Sequence record: PZ452591.1
DNA length: 64,000 nucleotides
Origin: a phage
Strand: one strand, 5' to 3'
Below, piece by piece: positions 48,484-58,135 of the stretch (positions within the stretch are counted from its first letter, which is position 1; the number at the start of each line of letters is the position of its first letter). The notes beneath the pieces are model-generated. The model was not told where the DNA came from and did not search any database. It was given only the letters and a program-made list of their open reading frames with translations. The translations under genes were made by a program, and so were the position numbers.

Positions 48484-48969
48484 TCAAGCATTGTAAAACA
48501 TTTGATGCAATCGCTTATATTGCCGAATCATTCGGTCAGAAAAAGAAATTTGAGTTTCAAGCCATTCAATGTACTCTGCGGCAGCTTGCATTAAATTTCC
48601 TTCATAACCATCGTTATTTTCTTGTGCAGCTAATTTAGCTAATGCGTATGAAATACGTTCACCTTGAAAATCGGCTTTAGGCTTCTGAACAACTTGATTA
48701 GTTCGCTCTACAACTTCTTCAATTTCGCCATTTTCGACTGATTCAGTATTCCACAAACACCAATACGTAATTGGCTTATCGTAGATGTTAATAATCTTTC
48801 CGTCGGAAAGTTCAATTTCAATAATTCCAGTATCAGGTTCTATATCATCTTCACATTCTTTTGCAAGTTCACGAACTTTAAAGACAGTACCTGCACTAAG
48901 TTCCGGCCAGTAATTACACAGCCCTGTATCAGCACGATTAATTCTAAACCACTTATCTACTGTAATCAT
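48484..48969 (-). CDS. pin: Pin-like protein (161 aa), at the pin position of T4
   Basis: ATG at 48969 (track start TTG); position between 49 and nrdC; size matches. Confidence 0.55.
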   Translation of the reverse strand: MITVDKWFRINRADTGLCNYWPELSAGTVFKVRELAKECEDDIEPDTGIIEIELSDGKIINIYDKPITYWCLWNTESVENGEIEEVVERTNQVVQKPKADFQGERISYALAKLAAQENNDGYEGNLMQAAAEYIEWLETQISFSDRMIRQYKRLHQMFYNA

Positions 48970-49004
48970 GTCCCATCTCCATATCAATTATGTCATTTAT
49001 TGTA

Positions 49005-49045
49005 GGTTCATTATATACTGTTTCTTCATCAGTGTAAACCGGTTC
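49005..49045 (-). promoter_or_regulatory. early promoter (-35 GTTTAC 49034-49039, -10 TATAAT)
   Basis: Read directly. Confidence 0.4.
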
Positions 49046-49092
49046 TTCCGGCTCTGGCTCTACAGTTTCCCATCTAGCCGCCCACCAAGGTT

Positions 49093-49413
49093 TTATAGCG
49101 TAATCCATTCTCGTACTGTCTGAGTTACTACACGTTCATGGGGCTCGACTAGTTCAACAGTCGGAACTGCATAATACCAGTCAGAATGATAAGAACCTGA
49201 CCGAGATTCATTTACAGCCACATGTACATTATGTTTTGGACTAAAATAAACACACTGACGATATTGGCATTTACCATCTTGCACCCAGTCTTCTATTTCG
49301 ATAGGTTTAAGATAGTCGGAAAAATCGAAATCATAGTTTTCCGAAAATGCATCATGGTCTTCGATGATTTCACTCAGAACTGCATCAACATCTAATTTAT
49401 TTTCAATAGTCAT
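49093..49413 (-). CDS. hypothetical protein (106 aa)
   Basis: ORF. Confidence 0.5.
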   Translation of the reverse strand: MTIENKLDVDAVLSEIIEDHDAFSENYDFDFSDYLKPIEIEDWVQDGKCQYRQCVYFSPKHNVHVAVNESRSGSYHSDWYYAVPTVELVEPHERVVTQTVREWITL

Positions 49414-49424
49414 TTTTTCACCAA

Positions 49425-49595
49425 TTAATTTCGCAATTTATTAAGTTCTTCATAATCAATCCAGGATTCTAATCCTGATGGCAAATCAGATTCAATTTCC
49501 CACAGAAGTTCTTCAATTTTATGAAGACGATCTAATTCTTCAGCTGGAATAGTAACCATTGATGGAGCTCTTGATACACTAATATCGTAAATCAT
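49425..49595 (-). CDS. hypothetical protein (56 aa)
   Basis: ATG at 49595, 2 nt after upstream stop; track start is GTG. Confidence 0.45.
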   Translation of the reverse strand: MIYDISVSRAPSMVTIPAEELDRLHKIEELLWEIESDLPSGLESWIDYEELNKLRN

Positions 49596-49597
49596 AT

Positions 49598-49813
49598 TTA
49601 CCCCAGTTTGACCATACAATCGCCGTATTTCCACTTAGAAATAGACTTTTCGCCGTTAGAATAATAAACTTCGAGTTTAGCACGATTATTTTTAATTTGA
49701 ATAACCTTGGCTGTCATTAAAGTTCCATACCCATAGTAAACTGCAACTTCATCACCTACATATACCGCGCTTCCGCGGTAATCATGGATATAATCAGTTC
49801 CTTCGAGCATCAT
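49598..49813 (-). CDS. hypothetical protein (71 aa)
   Basis: ATGA overlap with nrdC. Confidence 0.5.
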   Translation of the reverse strand: MMLEGTDYIHDYRGSAVYVGDEVAVYYGYGTLMTAKVIQIKNNRAKLEVYYSNGEKSISKWKYGDCMVKLG

Positions 49814-50073
49814 TTAAAGTATTCCCGCAATTGGTCAAATCCACCAATATGACTTCCATCAGGAGCAAATACCTGAGGCATTGTCAAGCCAATTTGAGTA
49901 TCACGACCTAGTTTAGTCAGAAGCTCAGCAATTTTCTCATCGTCAAAAACACCTTTTTCCGGCATAATGTTGATAAACTCAAACGGCTGTTTCTTCACGG
50001 TCAAAAGACGTTTTGCATTATCGCAATACACACATTTATGGATGTTGCTATCATAACCATATACTTTAAACAT
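49810..50073 (-). CDS. nrdC: NrdC thioredoxin (87 aa)
   Basis: Active site CVYC; protein recognised as T4 NrdC. Confidence 0.85.
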   Translation of the reverse strand: MFKVYGYDSNIHKCVYCDNAKRLLTVKKQPFEFINIMPEKGVFDDEKIAELLTKLGRDTQIGLTMPQVFAPDGSHIGGFDQLREYFK

Positions 50074-50074
50074 A

Positions 50075-50317
50075 TTATTCCTTAATTCCTAGTACTTGTT
50101 TAAAAGTCTCGTCGTAATCAAGACTTTGGCCCGTTTGTTCTTTATGTTTGTATATAATATCACTTACTTCTGATAGCATATTTTTATATGAACGAGTTAA
50201 AGCAGATTTAAGCACGCTGTATCTATCAGGAAATTTACCGTGTTCATTATAATAAGCTATTGCTAATTCACGGACTGCCTTTTCGGCAGTCTCCATATAT
50301 TCTTTACGCTTGGTCAT
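50075..50317 (-). CDS. hypothetical protein (80 aa)
   Basis: ATG at 50317; track start is TTG. Confidence 0.5.
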
Positions 50318-50618
50318 TTTCTTCTCGGTCAAATCGGTGTTTACAATGGCGACATTTATAACGAAGATTATTAGTCTGCCAATGGACTAATTGCACCTGT
50401 TCAGTTCCACATTCAGGGCAATTAGGAACGTTTTTAGAAGCACGTTCGCGGCGTTCAACCATGACCATTACAGAATCCCAATTAATAGGGCTGCTATAAT
50501 CATCACAACCATGAATCTTTCCACGCATTTCCAGATCGTCTTCTTCACCAGCCATAATAATTTTAATTAGACTAGAATTACTTGAAGCTGCAATGTCTTC
50601 TAATAGACGCTTTTTCAT
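50304..50618 (-). CDS. hypothetical zinc-ribbon protein (104 aa)
   Basis: CPECG...CRHCKH. Confidence 0.5.
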
Positions 50619-51544
50619 TTCAATACCTCAATAGCATTACGTAAACCATTTGCTTTTGCATTAAGAGCTTTTAACAATTTGGTGTGTTCTTCAATTTGGG
50701 CTTCAACTTCAATCAAACGAGCATTGAGATATTCACGTTCTTCGCTCAAGTTATCAACCTTTTCTACTTTAGGTTCTTTTACAACTGGCTTATACGTATT
50801 AGGGTTCTTCAGTTTAATTAGAATGCGTGAACTGTATAACATTGAACCATTATCTTCGGTTTCATCATACATTTCTACTACGTCCATGATTTTTAACATC
50901 ATGCGAAGTTTATAAGACAACGAACGAATAGTTTTGTTGTGCTTATTAATTTCTCTAGCTGTCATGGTGCCGAGATTACGTGAGTAATAATAAGGAACCT
51001 GGATATTAATTAATACTGATGAACCACCTGGCTTGTGTGTTACTTCATCAGCAATAACCCAGTCCTTAACATGAACTGTATTTGTACGGTCATCGCCCAT
51101 GGTAAACAGTTTGCGAGCATGCTTAAAAAGCATATTCACTTGAGTATTGAATTGACAAGCAAATTTATCAGCAAATTTAGTTTCAGGAATGGTAGATAAC
51201 CAATCAGCCAAATGGGTCTTTTTAACATCGTTAATAATAGTAAATTCAACCAAATCGGTTATAGATGTCGCAGATTTAATGAAGCTCGGCTTCATAAAGT
51301 TTTTAATGTTATCGCGAGCTACAGTAGAAGATAACATACGAGAACGTTTAAACCATTCAAGCAAATTGCCTAACGAATGAGAATAAGCGTTTTGAGTATC
51401 TTTACAGATATGATTTTCCTGGCCAACATATTGAAGGAAATCACGAAGAATATTATTGATTACTGCTCTGTGCCCGATCTGATAATTACGGTGTTTAGTA
51501 ATAAGACTGTCAAAATAATCAATATAATGTTTACGAGTTTTCAT
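50615..51544 (-). CDS. coiled-coil-tailed protein, paralog 1 of 4 (309 aa)
   Basis: Shares a central motif and C-terminal heptad-rich tail with the next three genes. Confidence 0.6.
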   Translation of the reverse strand: MKTRKHYIDYFDSLITKHRNYQIGHRAVINNILRDFLQYVGQENHICKDTQNAYSHSLGNLLEWFKRSRMLSSTVARDNIKNFMKPSFIKSATSITDLVEFTIINDVKKTHLADWLSTIPETKFADKFACQFNTQVNMLFKHARKLFTMGDDRTNTVHVKDWVIADEVTHKPGGSSVLINIQVPYYYSRNLGTMTAREINKHNKTIRSLSYKLRMMLKIMDVVEMYDETEDNGSMLYSSRILIKLKNPNTYKPVVKEPKVEKVDNLSEEREYLNARLIEVEAQIEEHTKLLKALNAKANGLRNAIEVLK

Positions 51545-51596
51545 GTTCTTCTCACTTGGTTAATGGTTTATACTCCGAGCCATCCTTGGCTTTAAA

Positions 51597-52598
51597 TTAC
51601 TTAATTAACTGTAAAGCTTGTTCAAGACGATCCAGGCGATTAACAGATTCTTCCCAAATCCTTTTAGCCTGCTCATATTCTTTCTGTGCTTTATTAGAAA
51701 TTTCTAGAACTTCTTTATAAGCTTTTTCTAGTGCAATAACTTCTGGACGAATTTCTATCGGTTCAGGTGAATCGTCAAGACATTCCATTAGTTCCTCAAG
51801 GGTAGTTTCTTCTTTAGGAGTATTCACAATTTCATCACATTTTTGTTGGTAAATTTCTTTATCAGTCGGTGAGTACGCACACTTTACTTCACGAAGACTA
51901 ACTACAATTTTATATCCTTCCCAACCGCATATATTCTTAAAAGGATAAGTATGAATATTTTCTACTGTTTCCATACAAAGTAATGCAGTCTCTAACTGAC
52001 GAGTTATATCACTAGCAATTGAGAAAAATTTATTAATGTTCTTTTGATTAGCTTCTGGTGTAAAAAATTCATAATTCACAAAAATAGCTACTTTATTTTT
52101 ATCAAGTTCATATTCTTTTATGATAATCATATCAGAAGCCAAAGGATGAATTTGACGATAATCGCCATAGCATAATTTAGAAGCTGATTTCAAAATTTGC
52201 TTCTTGAAAAGTCTAAAATTACTAACCCAACGACGAGTAAAAATATTCTCAGGGTCTTCTTTAATATTAAGATGATAAGAATTAACATCACCGAACCAAT
52301 TGTATCCTACTACATCTTTAGTTCGTTTAATTTCTTTCCCAAATTTACTAAGAATATCTTGATTAACTAAATATGAAAGAAGACGAGACCCTTTAAAGGT
52401 TTCCTTAATATCATCTTTATCTGCACGACTAGAAATTTTATGAACTTCATGAATAAATTTGCTGGAAGAAACAATACTTGCATCAGTATTATTGAGCCAT
52501 TGATTGATAATGGAAATAACGCTATTCTGACTAGACATAGGTTTAACTTTATCATCAATAACGCTATTGAATGATTTGATATATTCGTTACGAGTCAT
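51597..52598 (-). CDS. coiled-coil-tailed protein, paralog 2 of 4 (333 aa)
   Basis: GAGGAG SD then ATG at 52598; track ATG at 52628 lies inside promoter -10. Confidence 0.6.
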   Translation of the reverse strand: MTRNEYIKSFNSVIDDKVKPMSSQNSVISIINQWLNNTDASIVSSSKFIHEVHKISSRADKDDIKETFKGSRLLSYLVNQDILSKFGKEIKRTKDVVGYNWFGDVNSYHLNIKEDPENIFTRRWVSNFRLFKKQILKSASKLCYGDYRQIHPLASDMIIIKEYELDKNKVAIFVNYEFFTPEANQKNINKFFSIASDITRQLETALLCMETVENIHTYPFKNICGWEGYKIVVSLREVKCAYSPTDKEIYQQKCDEIVNTPKEETTLEELMECLDDSPEPIEIRPEVIALEKAYKEVLEISNKAQKEYEQAKRIWEESVNRLDRLEQALQLIK

Positions 52599-52624
52599 AT
52601 TAATCTCCTCAGTAGAAAGTAAGA

Positions 52625-52660
52625 ACATTATACCACATCCTTGTGGCGAAGTAAACTAGT
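52625..52660 (-). promoter_or_regulatory. early promoter (-35 GTTTAC 52651-52656, -10 TATAAT 52627-52632)
   Basis: Read directly; overlaps stop of paralog 3. Confidence 0.45.
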
Positions 52661-53675
52661 TTAGTGCATTTAGTGCATTATTCAGTTTAGAACGTTGCTT
52701 TGCCAGATTTTGAACCCTTGACTGAGCTTGTTCTAACACCTTTTCAGCTTCTAGCACTTCATTGGTCGCTTTAACGAGTTCATCATCTACTGCCTTGATA
52801 GACTTCTCAATCGCATCCGCGTGCCATTTTTCAACGGGTTTAAGACTCGGATTTTCAACAGGAAGAAAATTCACTTTATTGAATTTCCATGCATCTTTAT
52901 TACCTGAACTATACATCCAAAATTTAGGATCGTTTGATGAGTAATTAGATAAATTTAAGTTATCTTGCACTTCTTGCTTTTTCTCTTGCGGGACTTCGTC
53001 CTTTCTCAAAAAATCGTATTTAAATGAAACGACCATATCAAGTTCATATGTTGTTGTATGTTCCCAATTTCGCTCAAAACGAGGTAAAATCTTAGAATGA
53101 ACAGCGGCAACAACATCCATATACTTAAATGCTTCTGTCAACTGCGATTTAAGGCATTCACAAATTGAAAGAGAATTTTTTGTATTAGGTTTAAAGCTAA
53201 TTCGCGCAGTTCTATTATTTTCTTTTAATGGTCTTACTTCCATCTGAAGAGTATAACCATCAAATTTCAGGTTCTTTAAGTTAATGTCAGAACCTTTTAA
53301 TCGACTAGCCGTCGACAAAATTTGCTTTAATTGTTTACGGAATAGAGCAATAAATCTCCATTCAATACGATAATGATTTGGATTGAAAAATCCAGATGAT
53401 AAATCGACCTTACTCTGACCAACACCTTGAACAAATAGAGGATTTTTATAATCAATAGTTTTACAGAAATCGGTGAGCTGCTCACGAGCAGTCATTTGTG
53501 TAATATACCCCGCTTTACTAAAATGACGTAATAATTCACTGCTATTTAGATATTTAAAGTGAATAGCACGATTAACTTTATCAGGGTCTAAATTATTTTC
53601 ACACAAAAATGTCATAACATTACGAGTATCGCTGCCAGTACGAACCATATCTTCAATTTGAGAACGAGTTTTCAT
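52656..53675 (-). CDS. coiled-coil-tailed protein, paralog 3 of 4 (339 aa)
   Basis: AAGGAA SD; shared motifs. Confidence 0.6.
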   Translation of the reverse strand: MKTRSQIEDMVRTGSDTRNVMTFLCENNLDPDKVNRAIHFKYLNSSELLRHFSKAGYITQMTAREQLTDFCKTIDYKNPLFVQGVGQSKVDLSSGFFNPNHYRIEWRFIALFRKQLKQILSTASRLKGSDINLKNLKFDGYTLQMEVRPLKENNRTARISFKPNTKNSLSICECLKSQLTEAFKYMDVVAAVHSKILPRFERNWEHTTTYELDMVVSFKYDFLRKDEVPQEKKQEVQDNLNLSNYSSNDPKFWMYSSGNKDAWKFNKVNFLPVENPSLKPVEKWHADAIEKSIKAVDDELVKATNEVLEAEKVLEQAQSRVQNLAKQRSKLNNALNALN

Positions 53676-53683
53676 GGTGTTCC

Positions 53684-54574
53684 TTAAGATTTAAGTAAAT
53701 CAACAATTTTAATTAACTTTTCACGCTCAGATTTAGCTTTACTACTCAGTCCAGATAGTCTGAAAATTTCATCATCATATTGTTGAATAGAAATATTCAG
53801 CTCTTCAATCTGTTTATTAAAATAATCAATTTGTTCAGAATGTTTTTCGTTACTACGAAATGGTACAGGTTTTGTAGGCAATTTAGTTGAATTGGATTCA
53901 TCCGGGCGATAAATTAAAATACAACTTGAACCAATCGGACATTTAGCACCAGATGAATATTCTAACGTTCCAGCTTCTTTTAAAACTTCAAAAGCTAAAC
54001 AGAGATGATGCCCCATATTAACATAATCAGTAGAGCGAGCTCTGACGTAATAATCATCTCCACGAGTGCTAAATTTAAAGCATTTAAGGTCTTCTGTATT
54101 ATTAGTTTTAAAAATCATTTGTTTATCTAGACCTTTAGCCAATCGAGCGCCTAATGCTAATAATCGTCGTTGATTTTCCCACAAATCCGCAATCATTTGG
54201 TCAAATGATAATTTCGGCATTAGTCGACCATAAAGGTCATATCCTTTATTATAATTGCGAAGGATTTCACTCGCGTTAATACGAGACAATGCTCCAATTT
54301 TATTAAGGGCTTTCATAATACGATTAGATAAACTCATTCCAGATCCGTTTGTTCGCTGCAAATGTTTATCTAATCCAAACCCAATATCAACTTTAAATTT
54401 ATCTAAAATTTCAGCATGAACATCTCTGTCAATAACATTCAAATCCAAAGTTGTGTTAAATCTATGAAAAAATTTATCTGGCTCTCCACGACGAAATACA
54501 GTCCATTCATTCATCATTTTTTTATTAACTAAAGATTTAATTACTGCATTGACATTATTAATTACGACTGACAT
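53684..54574 (-). CDS. coiled-coil-tailed protein, paralog 4 of 4 (296 aa)
   Basis: GAGGAAAAT SD then ATG at 54574; track start is TTG. Confidence 0.6.
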   Translation of the reverse strand: MSVVINNVNAVIKSLVNKKMMNEWTVFRRGEPDKFFHRFNTTLDLNVIDRDVHAEILDKFKVDIGFGLDKHLQRTNGSGMSLSNRIMKALNKIGALSRINASEILRNYNKGYDLYGRLMPKLSFDQMIADLWENQRRLLALGARLAKGLDKQMIFKTNNTEDLKCFKFSTRGDDYYVRARSTDYVNMGHHLCLAFEVLKEAGTLEYSSGAKCPIGSSCILIYRPDESNSTKLPTKPVPFRSNEKHSEQIDYFNKQIEELNISIQQYDDEIFRLSGLSSKAKSEREKLIKIVDLLKS

Positions 54575-54581
54575 ATTTTCC

Positions 54582-54989
54582 TCACTCAATTTCAATTTTA
54601 CTAAATATATAGAATAAGATGGAACAGACTATATAAGCACCACACACAGATTGAACTAATACCATTCCAAAGAACCAAATAATATTATCAAACAGTGTCT
54701 GTTTTACGTCGAAAGGACGTAAACTTACAGTAATATTATCGCCTTTTTCTATTGATGAATACATCTCTGGTGAAATATATTCGCTAAATCTATAACCGTC
54801 TTTGAGTTCATATACGGCAATAAACGATAAACTAGACCCCTTTCCTTGAGTTCCTGTAAGGGTATTAACTACAGTAACATCATAATCTTTATAATGCATA
54901 TAATCATTAATTGCGTAATAACCATATGCAACTACTACACATAAACAACATATCAATAAATTCAATCTTTTAATTATCAACTGTTTCAT
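54582..54989 (-). CDS. membrane protein (135 aa)
   Basis: N- and C-terminal hydrophobic segments. Confidence 0.55.
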   Translation of the reverse strand: MKQLIIKRLNLLICCLCVVVAYGYYAINDYMHYKDYDVTVVNTLTGTQGKGSSLSFIAVYELKDGYRFSEYISPEMYSSIEKGDNITVSLRPFDVKQTLFDNIIWFFGMVLVQSVCGAYIVCSILFYIFSKIEIE

Positions 54990-55044
54990 AATAATCTCAA
55001 TTAAAAGGGCTTAGAACCATTATACCATCCTTGATATAAAGCGG

Positions 55045-55572
55045 TTATGCGAGTACCGTCTTTAACCGTTCTTCAAACTTCCGAAGAGTATTTTGGCGTT
55101 CAGCTCTTTGCTTTTTGTAAGTTTCAATACGCTCTGAAATGAGAGTGTATCGTTCATTTACTGATTCTTTCATAAAATCAGGAATTTCACGAGAAGCTTT
55201 AATCTCGTCAAATTTATCAATAACAGCTTGCTCTTCAGCAATTAAGTTATCATACATTAAAATATCTTTCTTGATGAACTCAATATCTTCTTGAGTTACG
55301 CGAGATAATTTAGATGCTTTATCCTTTTTGTACTGTTCGTTAGTATCACGAGACCAGTGTAATGTACGATTTTTATTCGTATTTTTGTAAATTTCTACAA
55401 TACCGATCTCATCAATAATAACGATCCAATTCCAACGGGATTTGTAAATTTGTCCTCCATCAACAGTGATTTCACCTCCGATTGAGATGTCATTAAAGAA
55501 CTTGCTTTGTGCTTCAGATTTAAATTTACCATCGTTGTAATTTACCAGGTTGAAAATATCTTTAGCGTTCAT
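55045..55572 (-). CDS. hypothetical protein (175 aa)
   Basis: GGAGGAACAC SD then ATG at 55572; track N-terminus reads through promoter cassette. Confidence 0.55.
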   Translation of the reverse strand: MNAKDIFNLVNYNDGKFKSEAQSKFFNDISIGGEITVDGGQIYKSRWNWIVIIDEIGIVEIYKNTNKNRTLHWSRDTNEQYKKDKASKLSRVTQEDIEFIKKDILMYDNLIAEEQAVIDKFDEIKASREIPDFMKESVNERYTLISERIETYKKQRAERQNTLRKFEERLKTVLA

Positions 55573-55575
55573 TTT

Positions 55576-55640
55576 GTGTTCCTCCGTAGTTGATAGTTGT
55601 ATAGTACCACAGAGGAACAGTCTTGTAAACAACTAAAAGA
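55576..55640 (-). promoter_or_regulatory. early promoter cassette with flanking inverted repeat (PeSL-like); -35 GTTTAC 55625-55630
   Basis: TGTTCCTC 55577-55584 / GAGGAACA 55612-55619 bracket the -10. Confidence 0.5.
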
Positions 55641-55947
55641 AACTTCTTTCACAATTTTTTCCACTGAACCACGCGCTCACTGCTTTCTTAGTCTCAGGAG
55701 CAGTGTTATCCATAAACCATTCAAAAGCAGCCTTTTTATGATTCTGGAGGGCTTCTCGGGCTTTAATCTGCTCACGGTCTATTAACACTAACATATGAGC
55801 CTTTCTTGTCACCAGGGGCTTCTTATGATTTTTTGAATATTCCCAATCATTTGTCCATCGCATCGTTGTTGCGAATTGAAGTACAGCTTCTTTAATCTTA
55901 GTTTCGTAAATTTCACGAGCCTTTGAGTATAACACCATTACCTCCAT
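55633..55947 (-). CDS. hypothetical protein (104 aa)
   Basis: ORF; no clear SD. Confidence 0.45.
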   Translation of the reverse strand: MEVMVLYSKAREIYETKIKEAVLQFATTMRWTNDWEYSKNHKKPLVTRKAHMLVLIDREQIKAREALQNHKKAAFEWFMDNTAPETKKAVSAWFSGKNCERSFF

Positions 55948-56036
55948 TTACCAGTTTAATTCTAGTCATCTTTTTAATGGCAGTCCATATAATCTATTTC
56001 TGAACTGCCTTTTTGTCATAGAAGTCCTCTTATGAA

Positions 56037-57005
56037 TTATTTCAGAAGAGTAACCTCAGCGATTTCTTCCCAACCGTTTTTGTCGGTCATAATAAAGTCA
56101 GCAAGATAAAGAGCAGTACGCAGTGAAACATTGCGTAAACGATTAACATTGACTTTCATCCATGATAATGCTTTATAAGTTTCTTCATCAGAAAGACCGC
56201 GCTTTTGCATCATGTCGGTTGAAAGAATAACATCTTCAACCCTGACCATAATTTCTTCATTAGTGTGAACACCCAAATCTAAATAAACTGAGCGGGACAC
56301 TAATGCTTGTAAATGTGGAGCAAGTTTAGTACCACGGTCTAATTCGCGGTCAATGTCAACGTTTGTGATAAAAACAATCGTTCCTTTAAATTCAAACTCA
56401 CGCTCAATGCCTTTTTCTTCTAAGTAAGAAGATGCAGTGCTCCAGCAGACTTTACGGGTCTCTCCAGTGTCCAGAGCAGCTTTCAGAAGATTAAGAATGT
56501 CCATATCAGAGAAAACATCCACATCATCAATCAAAAGGACAGAATTCTCTTCACGATTATTCCAAAGCTGTTCATAAAGACCGATACCAGAGATTTTACC
56601 ATTAATGCTTTTATATTCAATGTATCCAATATCATTTGCTTTATTTAAAGCTTTATCCAAAGAATACGTTTTACCAATACCTGCTGCTCCCGAGATAATT
56701 AATGAACGAATGTTTCCGTTAATAATACCATTCGTCATCATTCCCATAACATTAAATCTTTTATTAATGCGGGTTTTCATATCTTCATATGATTCTTTAA
56801 CTTCTTCAACTTTTACACCATCATATGAAATGTCTGATTTGTAAACCCAAACACCGCGACGCTTACCGTCAATTTCAACAAAAACTTTACCATCTCCTTG
56901 TGCATCCACCGGAGCATTATCTGGGAACCATTCACCTAAGAGCTCAAAAGTTCCAGAGATTTCTTTACCGAAGTAGATACCCTTATTGATAGTTACAGTT
57001 TTCAT
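56037..57005 (-). CDS. P-loop ATPase (AAA-like), 322 aa
   Basis: Walker A GAAGIGKT, Walker B VLLIDDVD; GGAGAATAAA SD then ATG at 57005. Confidence 0.65.
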   Translation of the reverse strand: MKTVTINKGIYFGKEISGTFELLGEWFPDNAPVDAQGDGKVFVEIDGKRRGVWVYKSDISYDGVKVEEVKESYEDMKTRINKRFNVMGMMTNGIINGNIRSLIISGAAGIGKTYSLDKALNKANDIGYIEYKSINGKISGIGLYEQLWNNREENSVLLIDDVDVFSDMDILNLLKAALDTGETRKVCWSTASSYLEEKGIEREFEFKGTIVFITNVDIDRELDRGTKLAPHLQALVSRSVYLDLGVHTNEEIMVRVEDVILSTDMMQKRGLSDEETYKALSWMKVNVNRLRNVSLRTALYLADFIMTDKNGWEEIAEVTLLK

Positions 57006-57009
57006 TTTA

Positions 57010-57075
57010 TTCTCCAAATCCATATCAGTTGATAGTTGTATAGTACCATAAAGCTTTATGCTTGTAAACCGTTTT
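57010..57075 (-). promoter_or_regulatory. early promoter cassette (-35 GTTTAC 57064-57069)
   Basis: Conserved core CAGTTGATAGTTGTATAGTACCA plus long A/T UP tract. Confidence 0.5.
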
Positions 57076-57095
57076 GTGAAAAAAAAAATTTAAAA

Positions 57096-57120
57096 TAAAA
57101 AGGGAGCCCGAAGGCTCCCT
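57096..57120 (-). terminator. CUUCGG-type hairpin terminator after nucleotidyltransferase gene
   Basis: AGGGAGCC-CGAA-GGCTCCCT then UUUUUAUUUU on minus RNA. Confidence 0.6.
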
Positions 57121-57121
57121 A

Positions 57122-58135
57122 TCATTTATAATAACTTCGATGGTTTTCAAGATAGACTTTCTCAAGGAAGTCATCCCAAAAACCCATGTCCACTTTTTGC
57201 TGCATACCGTTCTTAGAAGCTTCAGTAGATGCTGCTTCTACTTGATCGACCACATCTTCCAAAAACTCTTGAACGGTTTTAAATGGATGTTTACCCAACT
57301 TCACGTCGAGAATAAATGGAGCGTCTTGAAGTGGATAAACCAAGTCGCCAGTTTTGTAAATTTCCAATAGTTGAAGTCCACCACGACAGGCATGGCTCAG
57401 AGCTTTCCAGTCAATGCCTTCGTTGGCTTCGGCCTTACGAGCGCGTTCACCATATTCAGCATCTAATTTGTTCAGTGACTGCTTAATCTCAATAAGAGAA
57501 AGCGTTGTCTGATATTTACGACCCAACACAGTGTAGAACGTTTGTGGGCCTGTTTTCTCATGATTATGGAACACCCATTCACAGAATTCATTTTCTGGAA
57601 GACGATGCTTAATATCTTCAACTTTAGTGCGACGCTGCTTAATAGAACCATCTTCTTGGTAATCAACCCATTGCTCGGGGATTTGATTAACTACTTTCAA
57701 TACATCACGTAATGCAGCCAAACGAGAACCCTTGACACCGTATTTAGAAGCTTGCTTGCGAACATATCCTAAATATGATTTCATGTTAGTCGTATAAAAA
57801 CGAGAACGGTTGTCTTGAATAAACTTCCACACGTCAGGCAAATCAGATTTAACCACTAGTTCAGGTGGAGTGTGAAGCATATCTAATGCTACAGTTTCAC
57901 CATCTGCTGCTAATTTAAAGAAATACTTAAGACTATACAATTCGTGGTCAATATCATCTTTAGTGTTTTTAGATGATGTGTTGTTAGTGTTTTTACTCAT
58001 GTGCTCTTTAACGTTTCCGATAAGAATATCGCGAGCAGGAGGAACAAAAATTTCTTTAAAATCTACATCAGATTCTGGGGTAGAAGTTCCATAAAGATGA
58101 CTACCAAAATAGCTTTTCATTACTGTTTTCATCAT
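57122..58135 (-). CDS. Pol-beta-superfamily nucleotidyltransferase-like protein (337 aa)
   Basis: N-terminal GS-x9-SDVD-F motif (GSHLYGTSTPESDVDF); ATGA overlap with upstream membrane-protein gene. Confidence 0.6.
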   Translation of the reverse strand: MMKTVMKSYFGSHLYGTSTPESDVDFKEIFVPPARDILIGNVKEHMSKNTNNTSSKNTKDDIDHELYSLKYFFKLAADGETVALDMLHTPPELVVKSDLPDVWKFIQDNRSRFYTTNMKSYLGYVRKQASKYGVKGSRLAALRDVLKVVNQIPEQWVDYQEDGSIKQRRTKVEDIKHRLPENEFCEWVFHNHEKTGPQTFYTVLGRKYQTTLSLIEIKQSLNKLDAEYGERARKAEANEGIDWKALSHACRGGLQLLEIYKTGDLVYPLQDAPFILDVKLGKHPFKTVQEFLEDVVDQVEAASTEASKNGMQQKVDMGFWDDFLEKVYLENHRSYYK

